A program made the position numbers and the translations under genes. A stretch of DNA of 64,000 nt from Mizuhopecten yessoensis (taxonomy: Eukaryota). Shown piece by piece: positions 13,901 through 25,200 of the stretch. Position 1 is the stretch's first letter, and each line of letters opens with the position of its first letter. The stretch covers positions 709,018-773,017 of the forward strand of contig NW_018407733.1 of NCBI RefSeq assembly GCF_002113885.1, given 5' to 3'. The notes under the pieces are model-generated. The model searched no databases. It was given only the letters and a program-made list of their open reading frames with translations, and was not told where the DNA came from.

Positions 13901-16833
13901 ATCAAATATGGCTGCCTGTCGGCCATGTTGTTTATCCGATCAGTCTCAAAAGTTGCCCTGTACAGCTAAGGACCAAGGGGAACCTACATATAAAATTTGC
14001 GAAAGATCCCTTTGGTACTTCTTGAGAAATACCGATAACAAGAATTATTTAAGGAGGGACGACAGACAGACCACGGACCACGGACGCAGGGTGATTTGAA
14101 TAGCCCACCATCAGATGATGGTGGGCTAAAATGTTCCTGTTGGTACTTCCCAAGAAATAGTGATAACAAACTTTCACTATCAAAATCAAATATGGCTGCC
14201 TGTCGGCCATGTTGTTTATCAGATCAGTCTCAAAAGTTGCCCTGAACAGCTAAGGACCAAGGGGAACCTACATAACAAATTTGAAAAAGATCCCCCAGGT
14301 ACTTCCCGAGAAATAGCGATAACAAACTTTCACAATCAAAATCAGAGACGGCCACCTAGCTGTCGGCCATGTTGTATATCCGATCCGTCTCAAAAGTTGC
14401 CCTGCACAGCTAAGGACCAAGGGGAACATAGATAAAATTTGCGAAAGATCCCTTTGGTACTTCTTGAGAAATACCGATAACAAGAATTGTTTAAGGACGG
14501 ACACGGACCACGGACAACGGACCACGGACCACGGACGGACCATGGACGCAGGGTGATTTGAATAGCCAACCATCAGATGATGGTGGGCTAAAAAAGAAGA
14601 AGAAAATAGGTACTCTCTCATTAAGGATACTATATATCATATACAGCATTGAGACTCTCTACCTTAAGTTAATTTGGATTACTGGGCTAAAGGGGCATGT
14701 TTTGTATTCACAAGATGATGATAAATGGGTGAAAATGATTAAAAACAAAGTCAATCTCTTATTAAAAAGGATAAAGGAACATTTACCTTTAATATTTGGA
14801 ATATCGATCCCTGTACCAAGTCAATATTGTAAAACAGAGGGACATGTGCCTCCTTTAGGGCAGTGGGGCTGGCCCAATAGTGGAAATAGGGACCAATCTT
14901 AAGACTTCCTTCAGTACGAGTAATGGGGTTTTTTAGTCCTTATATGTGATAGAAAAGGATCTCTGGACCAAGGAGATCCAACAGTGTACAGATGTAAGAT
15001 GGGTTAAGGGGCATGGCCCAACAGAAGAAACAGGTAGTACATCTCTAAAAGACTACTCCAACATACCAGTGAAGTAATGTTAACCAAATTTTGTAGTGTT
15101 GGGTAGGGCCACTTCTGAGAAGGACCCTAGAGGGGTACATGTAAGGACCCTAGAGGGGTACATGTTTAAGCACAGATTGAACGATTCCAACCTTTACAAT
15201 AGAACATCTTTTGATCACAGGGACTAAGTGGGCAGATTGCACAGGGTTGGGGACTTACAGTAGAAACCGAACAGTACTCTATTTTTTGTGCCTTTCCTAC
15301 CTTTTGGAAAATTACAATACATATTTGTTATAACCATTCTTTAAAAAAATGTTTGCGAAATCAAATATTATACCTACATAGTTCTCTCTACCAAGAGACG
15401 TATATACTACAGAGATAAGAAACTGCCTCTTTCTCATACCGAAGCGCACCCGTGTTGGGTAGTCTATTTGGATAACATTGATTTCATCAATGCTACAGCC
15501 TACGATATCGTTAGAGGATTTCCGAAACGCAAATTACAGCAGCCATTACTTGTCATTGTAAACAATTATAATGTTACTAAAATGAGAAAATCTGTATGTT
15601 AAATTCAGATTTTTCCTAGAAGGCCTTTTTCAACATAATTTGATAATTAATATTTTTTATATCGTTGTTCTTAATTTCAGCGCCATGCAATAATTACAAA
15701 ACTTGTTAATCAATATGAGAATATATCATGATTTAAGAATTATGAGAAGTTATCACTGGCATTCATTACATTATAACACTGAAAAAAATAGTCAAGATTG
15801 TCCTAAATACACTCCTTTTTTTCTATACAGTCAATTTTAAATCTGATCGGTAATTTATATTCTACTGTATATATCACGTCACGATGTGCGTTCTATACCT
15901 ATGGATTGCTTAAATTTATATACATCTATTTCAGTATTCAGATAGACTTTTATTATCATATAATTAATTGTTGCATTCCATAAATAAAAAAAATTGTCTC
16001 TGATACTTATAAAACTTGAAATGATAAAGTTTTAACAAAGTTTTGATCATACATTTTAACAAAACGACAGGTTTTGCAATTTCTACATATAAATCTTTCT
16101 TTTTGTTTTGTTCGTTTAACTGGTTCTCTAGATCTTTTAAGTGTAAATATTTTAACAAATTATGCTTACAATTTTTGCTGTATAATACTTAAGACAAATA
16201 GAAAAGGTTTGAATAATCAGTGAATAATCTTGAACACGAAGATGTCTTACAATGTTATAATTCAGGAATGTTGAGAAAAATATAATATTGTCCTGTGGTT
16301 TGTTTATCTGATAATAAGAAATAAACATTCATTAGAACGATCTGTACTCTTTGTTAAATACTATGCACGCGCATGTAACACCAGCTATGTTAGTAAGCTA
16401 TCATACATGTATGGGTACAGTACCTGATTTCAAAACTCCCGGGCTTTCCAGTATTTCCAGCGTTAAAATGAAAAGAAGCCCTGGATATATCAATTTCATC
16501 CAAAGGTAGAAAATCATGCTGATTACGGTAAATATATAGCTTGCACGTGCTATCTCCGAACACGCAGAAACGTTGTCTGTTTGTTTTGATTATACCACGT
16601 GTGAGGATTTGCAACCATCCGAAAAGTTTCGCTTCCGGGTTGACACAGCTACTTTCGCTCTGTCCCACCCTAGCCGCGGCTGATTGTGCGCCATTGTCAT
16701 TCGTATCATATTTGTCAGCGTCCGTCGAAGAATCCATGTCTGATATAATCTGTTCAGGAATATCAGAGGAATGTGGAGCAGACGACTGACCGTTTCTGTC
16801 GTCTACTCCGGGTCCTCCCACCGACGGATCCAT
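1932..16833 (-). CDS. TBC1D2B: TBC1 domain family member 2/2B-like Rab GAP (N-terminal PH domain + coiled coil); 5' part only, 3' exons with the TBC domain lie left of the window
   Basis: Seven GT-AG exons with consistent phases: 16833-16424, 8959-8815, 6771-6555, 3816-3587, 3129-3002, 2631-2500, 2181-1932. The translation has a PH domain (KLFGWLQ...RFCVF...KLYIYRN...PLDEIDISRASF...FEIR-SGGKEHLLDASDRHSMMYWLQELQKRR), then FTNLKSELQNAFSNIKG and a coiled coil (EEELQANREIVRLLQKEL...MLAAKDETIIKLT). This matches the TBC1D2/2B layout as I recall it. A versus B paralog cannot be decided. Confidence 0.85.
3866..3998. repeat. 45-bp tandem repeat, 3 copies
   Basis: ATGTTTGTATTACCATATCTGATCTTATAAACACCCTGTG.. 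occurs three times. Confidence 0.9.
4793..6274 (-). mobile_element. Helentron/HINE-like non-autonomous element with an internal ~480-bp duplication
   Basis: Terminal stem-loop AACAAGAGGCCCATGGGCCT. Subterminal inverted repeats GGTCACCTGA (~4818) and TCAGGTGACC (~6259) followed by TAAAAA. Tandem core repeats inside (5461 onward recurs at 5941). Confidence 0.65.
7260..7345. mobile_element. Tiny fold-back MITE-like hairpin
   Basis: TCATTCACCCCT (7260-7271) pairs with AGGGGTGAATGA (7329-7340). Inner arms TGAACTcTTCCAA / TTGGAAtAGTTCA. TTAA at the right end. Confidence 0.55.
10613..11935. repeat. 65-bp satellite, 20 full copies + partial, each unit containing a 14-bp inverted repeat
   Basis: Unit GGGAGTGTGATTG(C/T)TTCAGGTATCACCAGGGCCAGCAGTCACATTCCCCTCAGCCTTCACCATTA with an exact 65-bp period from 10613 to 11913. 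Confidence 0.97.
13039..14596 (-). mobile_element. Helentron/DINE-1-like non-autonomous element (HINE) with three tandem terminal modules
   Basis: Stem-loop AACAAGAGATCCCAGAGGGATCTTGTT + GCGCCCACC at the left end, ~150-bp core repeats, (GGAC/CCACG)n microsatellites. Palindrome TAGCCCACCATCAGATGATGGTGGGCTA at 13817-13844, 14101-14128 and 14563-14590. Confidence 0.7.
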
Positions 16834-19800
16834 GTTGTCCCGGAAGTTATATATCTTATGACAGATGAAGAAGGTCAAGAGGGGTCATTTCAAAATGACA
16901 AATGGGCAGCCAGATGTGTACATTTCTGTCCGATAATGCTGTTTTCTCGTAAAAAGCTTAAATACATCGTGTAAGGATTACAATTAAAAGGAAAATTCAA
17001 TGTTAATTATGAGCTAATTTATTCAGGAAGAAATGGTTACACAGAAACCTAAAATTACGTAATATATATATATGTAGATAAGAATCACGGACATAGATAA
17101 TTTGATAATCTAATTCCGTTGTAGAATCTACTAATTATGGGCTTTTATTTTGTGTCCCTGTTAGAACATACCGCTTTGCACCATAAGTAGATGTTTAACA
17201 CTTTTAAACCGAATTTCAACAGGTTTAAACTATTAATACAGAATTCAGTTACCGCTAATTCGTGTATTATTTTCGTTAAATATATTCCGATAAAAAAAAA
17301 GAGGCTCACCAACTCAGTCTGCATACTTTATCCACACCCAATACACATGTAAATAATGCTCGTCCCTATAAGCTGCCGAAACTCTTGAAATTCCACAAAA
17401 CTCTATATTAGGATACTAGTAAAATATGCAAATTTCTAAAGGCCCTCCCTGATATAATTTATAGAAGTATTGACAGATGAGGCTAGTGCATGGTATGTAC
17501 CATAATTTCCGTTAGGTTTACTTACAGCAGAAGGAAGTAACTATCTGCTGTTTATAATAAGAATTTACATATTTAGGTAAGGTTGTGATACGGACATTAT
17601 GATACAAACACAGTAGGAGGCCGACAGGTCGTAAATAACATATAAAATGCACCGCTGTCCAGTAGAACACCGGTGTTTGGTGTCGTTCCTCCAGTCATGT
17701 AATCAATTTATATTAAAATCACTCGGACGGCAGAACATACCGAGATTCCACACGTGCTTTACACCTGTGAAAAAATCCGGTATTCTGTCATACGAGTCGG
17801 CCTAACATATATACTTACTCAATGCAAACTATTTTTCGAAAAAATGTTTCCTTTTATTGATGATTAGCAGTATCTGGTTCCCACAAACAGATCGGCGAAA
17901 CTGAAGTGTCATTATACTGATTTAAGAAACCGTTTCATTAAAAAAATATTATCATAAAAAACCTAGTATGGCATTTTTTTTTAGATTTGATGACAACAAG
18001 AAATAATAAAGAACTTTCTAATTTAGCCAAATATCTAAACCAATGTCAAAAAAGGAGATGCAATACTGTTGCAGGTTAAAGGATTCACTCTCTACACTTT
18101 CTCTGGGATTTTATCGTATATGCATGGTCGGGAGATTGTATTCTATGTACTCTTATTTATATATATATATGTACTGTATAATTTGCACTGTATATATGCA
18201 CTGTACTGATAAACCGCAAGGTTTAAGGTAATAAAGAATGAATGAATAAAGATCAGTTCCGTGTGAACGGTATTTACTTTTTGAGGAAATCATATTTCAG
18301 GGAAAATATTTAATTACGAGGTATTTCCAAGAAATCCGGAATTGGGTCCGTTTGATTTTGATTCATCAATATTATAACGACTGGTTGATCAAACCCCATT
18401 GAGGAAACGATTAAAGTGTCGCGGATTTTACTATTTTTTAAAGCTATTGTAACTCACAGTAAGCCTAAAGTTATGTGTGTGGTTAAAGATGAACAAGACT
18501 TCAGAAAGTGCATGTCTGTCTTGCAGTACGGGATGATAATTTTTACCTGGCCTATTTAGTCTTTAACATTGAAGAAAATACTTTAAACTTTGCGCTGAAT
18601 ACATACAACTGGAATTGAAATTGATTTTAGAGGTACACAAAATTGCAAACAGTGGGATATAAATGGCCTAGCTCGCTACGATCGGCAACGGCGATTCGTG
18701 TTTTTTTTCTTTCTTTTACATCTTAAGACTTATTGGATTACATTTGACTGATATTTCCAATGGTCATTTTAGGATGATAAACATAAGAAAGTCAAAGAGA
18801 CCCATTTCTATAAATTTTACTGAAAGCTAAATTGCACTCTAAAAGGTATCGTCTAGACACCAGTTTCCGCGCGTTATGTATTTCCGCGCAGACATTTTAT
18901 CAAGCTATATCTCGTAACTACGTGACCTGCTGGACAAAACACAAGGATATTTTAGACGTTTGGCCATCGTCTGTAAACTGTACCGGAAGTTCGTCCGGAA
19001 AACATAAGATTTAATCACTGATTAAAAAACACGCATATACATGCAGTTTTGCTTAATGCTCTTTTCATTTTGCTCAAAATGAACCCATACCTTAAAAACG
19101 GCGATATATTTCATTCATGAACCTGTCTTTTTTGTAGTCTGACAAACGTACGAAAATGTCGTATGCAAATGAGGCCACATCTCCTCGCCGATTTTTTTCC
19201 ACTTCCGAAGAGCCAAGGAGACATTCTTATATCGATAAACAGTGTTTTCAATGAAACGTAAACCTTGTAATGCAATGAACTTCCAATTTTCACCAATTTG
19301 AAACAGAACAAAATGAGAAATTACTTACCATTAACCAAAACCGATATAAAACTGCAGAAAACAAAAAATAACAGATTCTATATTATAACTAAATAGATAT
19401 AATAAATAATTTTAAAAAAACCATGAATTCGTTCAATTTGACATCTTGAAATATAAATTAAAAAGGTGAAATTGAAAAAAAGTTGTTTTGATAATTAATT
19501 TGACGATCAAAGATATATTTTTTATTCCAAACGAAGCTTTTGTTCTTGCAGGTCATTGTAGAGAATTTCTTTTTATTGTATTCGAGTTATCTTTCTTTGA
19601 ACACTAAATCAAAGTAGACACACGGAAACATATGACGGCTACTTCCGACGGGAGAAATTTGCTAAACAATGTTTGTTCTGATTTTTTTTAAATACAGTTT
19701 TATGTTGCTATTTTTTTGTTTCCTTTAGTAGATTGTGTACATGTTTATGGCAGCCTTCCGTAATTTCAACAGTTTTCTGCCAATATGAGTACGAAATCGC

Positions 19801-20138
19801 GGATGCTTCTTAAGTGCGCGGAAACCGGTAACCCGAGGATACCCCAGTAGGCACAACTTGAGAACTTACATACAGAGCATACATTGCCGTGTCAGCGTCT
19901 TATTTATAAGTAAACTAACTACTGAACTAGTTAACTTATTGTTACCATGTGCAATGTATTACACATTAACTAATATAGGCACCGATGCCTGCTTCCACTA
20001 ATTTCCTATTAAATCATATTAAGAACGCTTCTAGATTTCATCTCTCCCAACATTAGAAGAGCAGAAACCTGTAGCTCGGAAACGATCTGCTGTTCTTATC
20101 TCCTCTTACTGCAGAACTCTTCCCTGCGAAACAGTAAA

Positions 20139-20239
20139 TCACATGACCGGATATTACGCTATCGCCTAGCAACACTGGTAGTTCAGCGACAGCTCTTGAC
20201 AGCATTTGGCGAACTTTTCCAAGCGGGAGATTATAAATA
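20139..20239 (+). promoter_or_regulatory. Putative promoter of the modular orphan gene: TCACATGA, RFX X-box-like ATCGCCTAGCAAC (20161-20173), TATAAATA (20232-20239)
   Basis: Motifs lie just upstream of a GTGAGT donor at ~20313. Motif match only. Confidence 0.35.
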
Positions 20240-21169
20240 CAAAGAGTGGTTTCACAAGTGAAAAAAGATTTTTAGATAGTAAAAGGTGTTCCAGAACAAT
20301 TATACGAGATTTGTGAGTATTCGAATATGTCGTTTTGATTGTTGAATTAGTAATTATAGGAGAAATAGTCTGACATTATGTGTAACGTTCTGAAAACGTT
20401 TTTTTTTGTTCCTGTGTTTTTTTCATGGATTTTATTGAGATAAAGTCTCAAATTACGTCAATATATCTTCGAAATATTTTAATTTAAATAGATCGACCAA
20501 GACACATTCCATTGCAATTTCCACGTTACATAGATGCAAAAGACATCAAGAGAGAAATAGAAGAGATACGGCAACGCATTGAAAGCAATACTGTGAGTAT
20601 AAAGCTACTAGAAATTTGTAATAATTTGAGATATTTGTGATGTTAACAAGTTAATAATGTAAGTTTTAAGCTGAATAGCCTTGCTAACATGCTTGTGTAA
20701 TACAGTTGAAACTCAATATAACTTTCACACTTATCGCCACTATATGTTAATTCAAAGTCAAAACCTTTTAGATAAAAGACACAGTATATCTTATCGTTAA
20801 TTCATAGTTTAGTTTAAACATATTTTATTGTACAAATATACAAATGGATTGGACAACAAGTTAATACAACTTAATAGAGTCCTCTCCTCAATACATATTG
20901 TAAAAATAGTGTATATGTTTTTGGGGAAAGGGAAAAAGATAGGGTGGAGAAGGAAAGGTGGGGTGGGAGGGGGCGGAGGTGATGGAGGGGAGGGGTGTCA
21001 CCTAGAAAAGTAAACGTGTACACTATAAAATCGATCCGCATTTGAATAAATTATAAATTATACATCCTGGTAGAGTAATTTCAAAATGAACAGAATCAAT
21101 GTAACAAAGAAATCAGGCAAAATAATGAAATGCAATTTCATAAACACATAACAATTTACACATAAATAG

Positions 21170-21720
21170 AAATAGTAAAGTAATTATATCTATCAAAAAC
21201 CTATTGCTGGATTGGATGTAATGATGCACATGTCTAAAGATACTTTTGGTTTTTTTCTACCGAAAGTTGAGTTTTACCAAACAAAAGTAGTTCTAAATTA
21301 AAATCAACATGCATGGCGTTCAAATTTTGGAGCAGGGTGTGTCTTTCGTTGTTAAAAAGTAAGAACTCACAAAAAAAGTGAAAGGCATTTTCACAGGGAT
21401 GGCCACAATAACAAACTGGACTATCAACCAGATTTACTCTAAACAGATCATATTTAAGTGTACTACACTGAGGTCTAAGTTTAGTGTGCAAAATGTTCAA
21501 TTTACGGTCACCGAAGTAGATTGGTGGAGGATAGTGTACATTTGAAGTTAACGAATTTTTAAAAGAGTGTAACGAAGTCAATGATCGTACTGAAAGGTTC
21601 AATGAATTCCAACCGCGAAGAGTTGAAGGTATAAAAGATGAATTTGTCACATGTTAGGTAAATTTTAAGGGTAAGTTATGCACTCTTACTGTTAGTCTGT
21701 CTCATTAACTCTTCAAGAGT
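21170..21720 (-). mobile_element. LINE (CR1/L2-like) ORF2 3' remnant
   Basis: ORF 21234-21650 reads SFIPSTLRGWNSL...KLNILHTKLR...CYCGHPCENAFHFFC, the typical C-terminus of a non-LTR reverse transcriptase ORF with a CxC..H..C motif. Confidence 0.7.
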
Positions 21721-22260
21721 GGCTTCCATATTTTGTAAAAATAAAATGCGCTAATTTAGGATGGATTTCTCTAAATAACACATATTGTCACACCATCTTC
21801 TTGGTTGGTCAATATCAACAAACAACTCAAATAACCCAACAAATTGGAGGGGCCCGACCATGCCGCCGAGAGCCGGTTTAATTATCAAAAATAAATTCCC
21901 ATAACTTTTACAAAGTCAGAACATCAGCAGTTCATCAAAGGCCCTTTCTTACATATATAGATACCATTCACTTCACTTCAATATCGATACGTTCAAAAAC
22001 GACATCGCATAATCCATTTCAACAAATGAAAAAAGGGGAAAAAATCCAGTCAAAGCAGCACATACACATATACAATTGTATACATGTACATATAGGTTAC
22101 TAGTATATCAGTCAACGACTGAACGACTCCGATATCTGCAAGCCACCTGGCGGCACTGGATAAAATAATCGTAATTCCAATATAAGTATTCTATTCAAAT
22201 GAATTAAATTATAAATGACATGCGCGTATATTATTTGCAAAACTTATTTCCCATTTACAG

Positions 22261-25200
22261 ATGATGAATATGGACATACAGACAAATGTCATAGCAGAAA
22301 TTGATCGATTGAGACAAGACAACATGGATATGGCTGCAATATTAGACCGGGAGGAAATATTTTATGGACACACAAACATTTATGAAGAAGTAACCAGACT
22401 CCGATGTATGAATTTGAGACTTAAGGCTACCATGGACCTACAACAAATAGACGATATCGGCAAACGGCACAACAGGCCATGTATTCGTGCCAGAACTACA
22501 CAAGCAGATTCTACATACAATGGATCTAACAAGCAAGAGATCAGCCGATTGAGCACTGGAATTTCAAATCACGGAGAACGAGATCGTTCGACACTCTGCG
22601 CAACAGACGACGACGCTTCCTCCGAGGATAGAGACTCCAACATGAATTCCGTAAGAGAATCTCCCTCGGAGACAGAGGAAATGTTGTTCATCGTGCACCC
22701 TACAAGGAGTCCATCCGGAACCGTGGTCACTTACGATCTACCTGAGGATGTGACCGGAATGGACTTGTATGGCTGTCTAGACAAGAGGAACATACGTGTC
22801 CACGTGGAGCCCATACGGCAATTATATGAAGAGGACATTCCTCATTATCGCAATATTTTAATTGAGGATGTCGAAATACGAGGTCAGTATATATAGGGGC
22901 CTCCCCTGTTTTATGCTTTAATTTCGGACTTGATTAAGGCTACTTCTACCGAAGCGTAGAGGGAAAGGGCGATTCATAGCGAAATGAAAAGCAGAGAAAA
23001 TATATGGTAACATTGCAAATAGTGGATTGTGACTCCCTTATTACACGATATGTATGTCTCATTTGTACATATAATGATGTGTAGTATGTAACATTTTCAG
23101 AAATCTATTCGTCAAAAAGCTCGGATATGACAACTGGGAATCCTATAAAAGAGCACGAGTCATCGTTAGCAGTGACAGACATCCCAACAGACGGGGACAA
23201 CCATCTGGACATCCCCTTCATGGGAGTCTCTGACCAGGAGGGACAGGGTGATGTATCCAAGCTGGATCCGAGAGGCTTGGTATCTGACTCAGATGTCACA
23301 CGGATTAACCAGAACCAAGAACAAGATCTGGTGGCCATTGTCGAACAACAGAGATATGCTGATTACATAGAGTCTTGCAAAACAACCATACACCTGTGTA
23401 GTGTCGTCATAGAGATGTGCGCCAACAAAATAGGCATTCCGGGGCAAGGTAAAGTTTAATAGATTAGTTGATGCACGTTTTTATATTGTAAATAGTGATG
23501 CATAGCCACATTGTATCTGTTAATACACGCGCGAGAAGATCCATGCGAACAACAGCACTTTCTTCCTATTGCAGATTTCCTGACCAAAAACGTTTCCAAC
23601 ATGGATGGCCCTGAGCATTCAAAGCCAGTACCAGAAAAGGGAAGCAATGTCAATTTCAGCGAAAACGAAACTTTAGGTTCGCATAAACAGATATCGTATA
23701 CAGGTAAGTCGATGAATTGTGCTTTTATTTAGAGAGTTTACCAATACCAAAATTGTGTGTCATTCAAAAAATATGAAACAAAAAATGTTTTAAAGTTAAT
23801 CGAATATTGAACTGTATAATATATCACAATAAAATTGTTTTAACAGCTTTAATAATTATTGGATAATGTAATTATTCCCTACCACAGATGTCCAGATCCC
23901 TAAAAACATCGTGTCTCATGAGAATGAGCCAGTGGAGTCGAGTTCCCTGGAGGTGACGGACATAATAGAGGATGCCATAGGGAACAGACACTTACCCATC
24001 CCCTTTAAAGTCATACCATACGGCCACCGGAGGCCAAAGTGTGTCCCTAAACTGGACCTGACAGGATTGGCGTCCGAGTCTGATATTGACGTCGCCAAGA
24101 TATCTGGCTATGACATATCATGGCTATTTCCTGGTCCTAACACTGGCAACGACGCAAGTGTGATGTCACATAAACGGTCATCTCACCATCATGGTAAATT
24201 AGTTTTAACTGTAGTAGGAATTAACAGTGAAATATTATTTAAAAACATGAAAAATTCACATTTGTTAAAATGATAATATTGGTTTTCATGGTTTTTTTAA
24301 ATTCTTTATTGAGAGGGAAAGGATAAAATTTTAAAGCGAAAAGAAAATGAAGAAAATATCAAGCACTAGTGCCTTGTAACTTATTGCATGATCTTTTACT
24401 TTTCATTTTAACCAAATAATAATGTGGTATTAATTTTTTTTACAGAGATTTATTCTTCAAAAATTTCGGGTATGAAAACTGTGAGTCCTACAAAGGAACA
24501 TGAGTCATCATTAGCTATGACAGACATACCAAAAGACGATGAAAGCCATCTGGACCTCCCCTTCAAGCTGGCTTCCTCTTCTGACCAGGAAAGACCGAAT
24601 GGTGTATCGAAGTTAGACCTGAGAGGCCTGGTATCCGACTCCGACATTAACATCGCACGGGTTGACGAGAATACGGAACCAGAATTAGTGGCCAACGTCG
24701 AAGAGCAGAGATATGCTGATTACATAGAGTCTTGCAAAACAACCATACACCTGTGTAGTGTTGTCATAGAGATGTGCGCCAACAAAATAGGCATTCCGGG
24801 GCAAGGTAAATGTAAAGAGTACTTGAAGTATGATTTTAACATGTTATAAAATGTCAACACTCCGATTCACACAAATGTACAGTTTTTAATTACAGGTAAA
24901 AAGATACTCACAAAACAATAACCATTGCTTCCCTTTGCAGATTCCTGGACCCAAAATGTTTCCAATATTGACCATCCAGAGCGTTCCTCGCATGTAGAAG
25001 AAGAAAGAAAGGATTTCGGTATGAGCGATAACTATACCTTAGGTTATCGAGGACTGGTATTATACACAGGAAAATCAAGAACATTTTAAGAATGATTTTT
25101 TAGCGAAATTCTCCTGTTATTTTTAATATCAAAATTGAGTGGCTTTAAAATATTAAAAAGGACTGTTTTAAATATTTGCGAAAATTGTCTGTATCGTATA

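Noticed and set aside
13484-14902. Cluster of ORFs in the HINE element (also 5964-6271 and 45775-47066)
   Set aside because: Non-coding core repeats; no Rep/helicase or transposase motifs.
20942-20996. G-quadruplex-capable G-rich tract
   Set aside because: Isolated low-complexity purine tract in an intron; no evidence of function.
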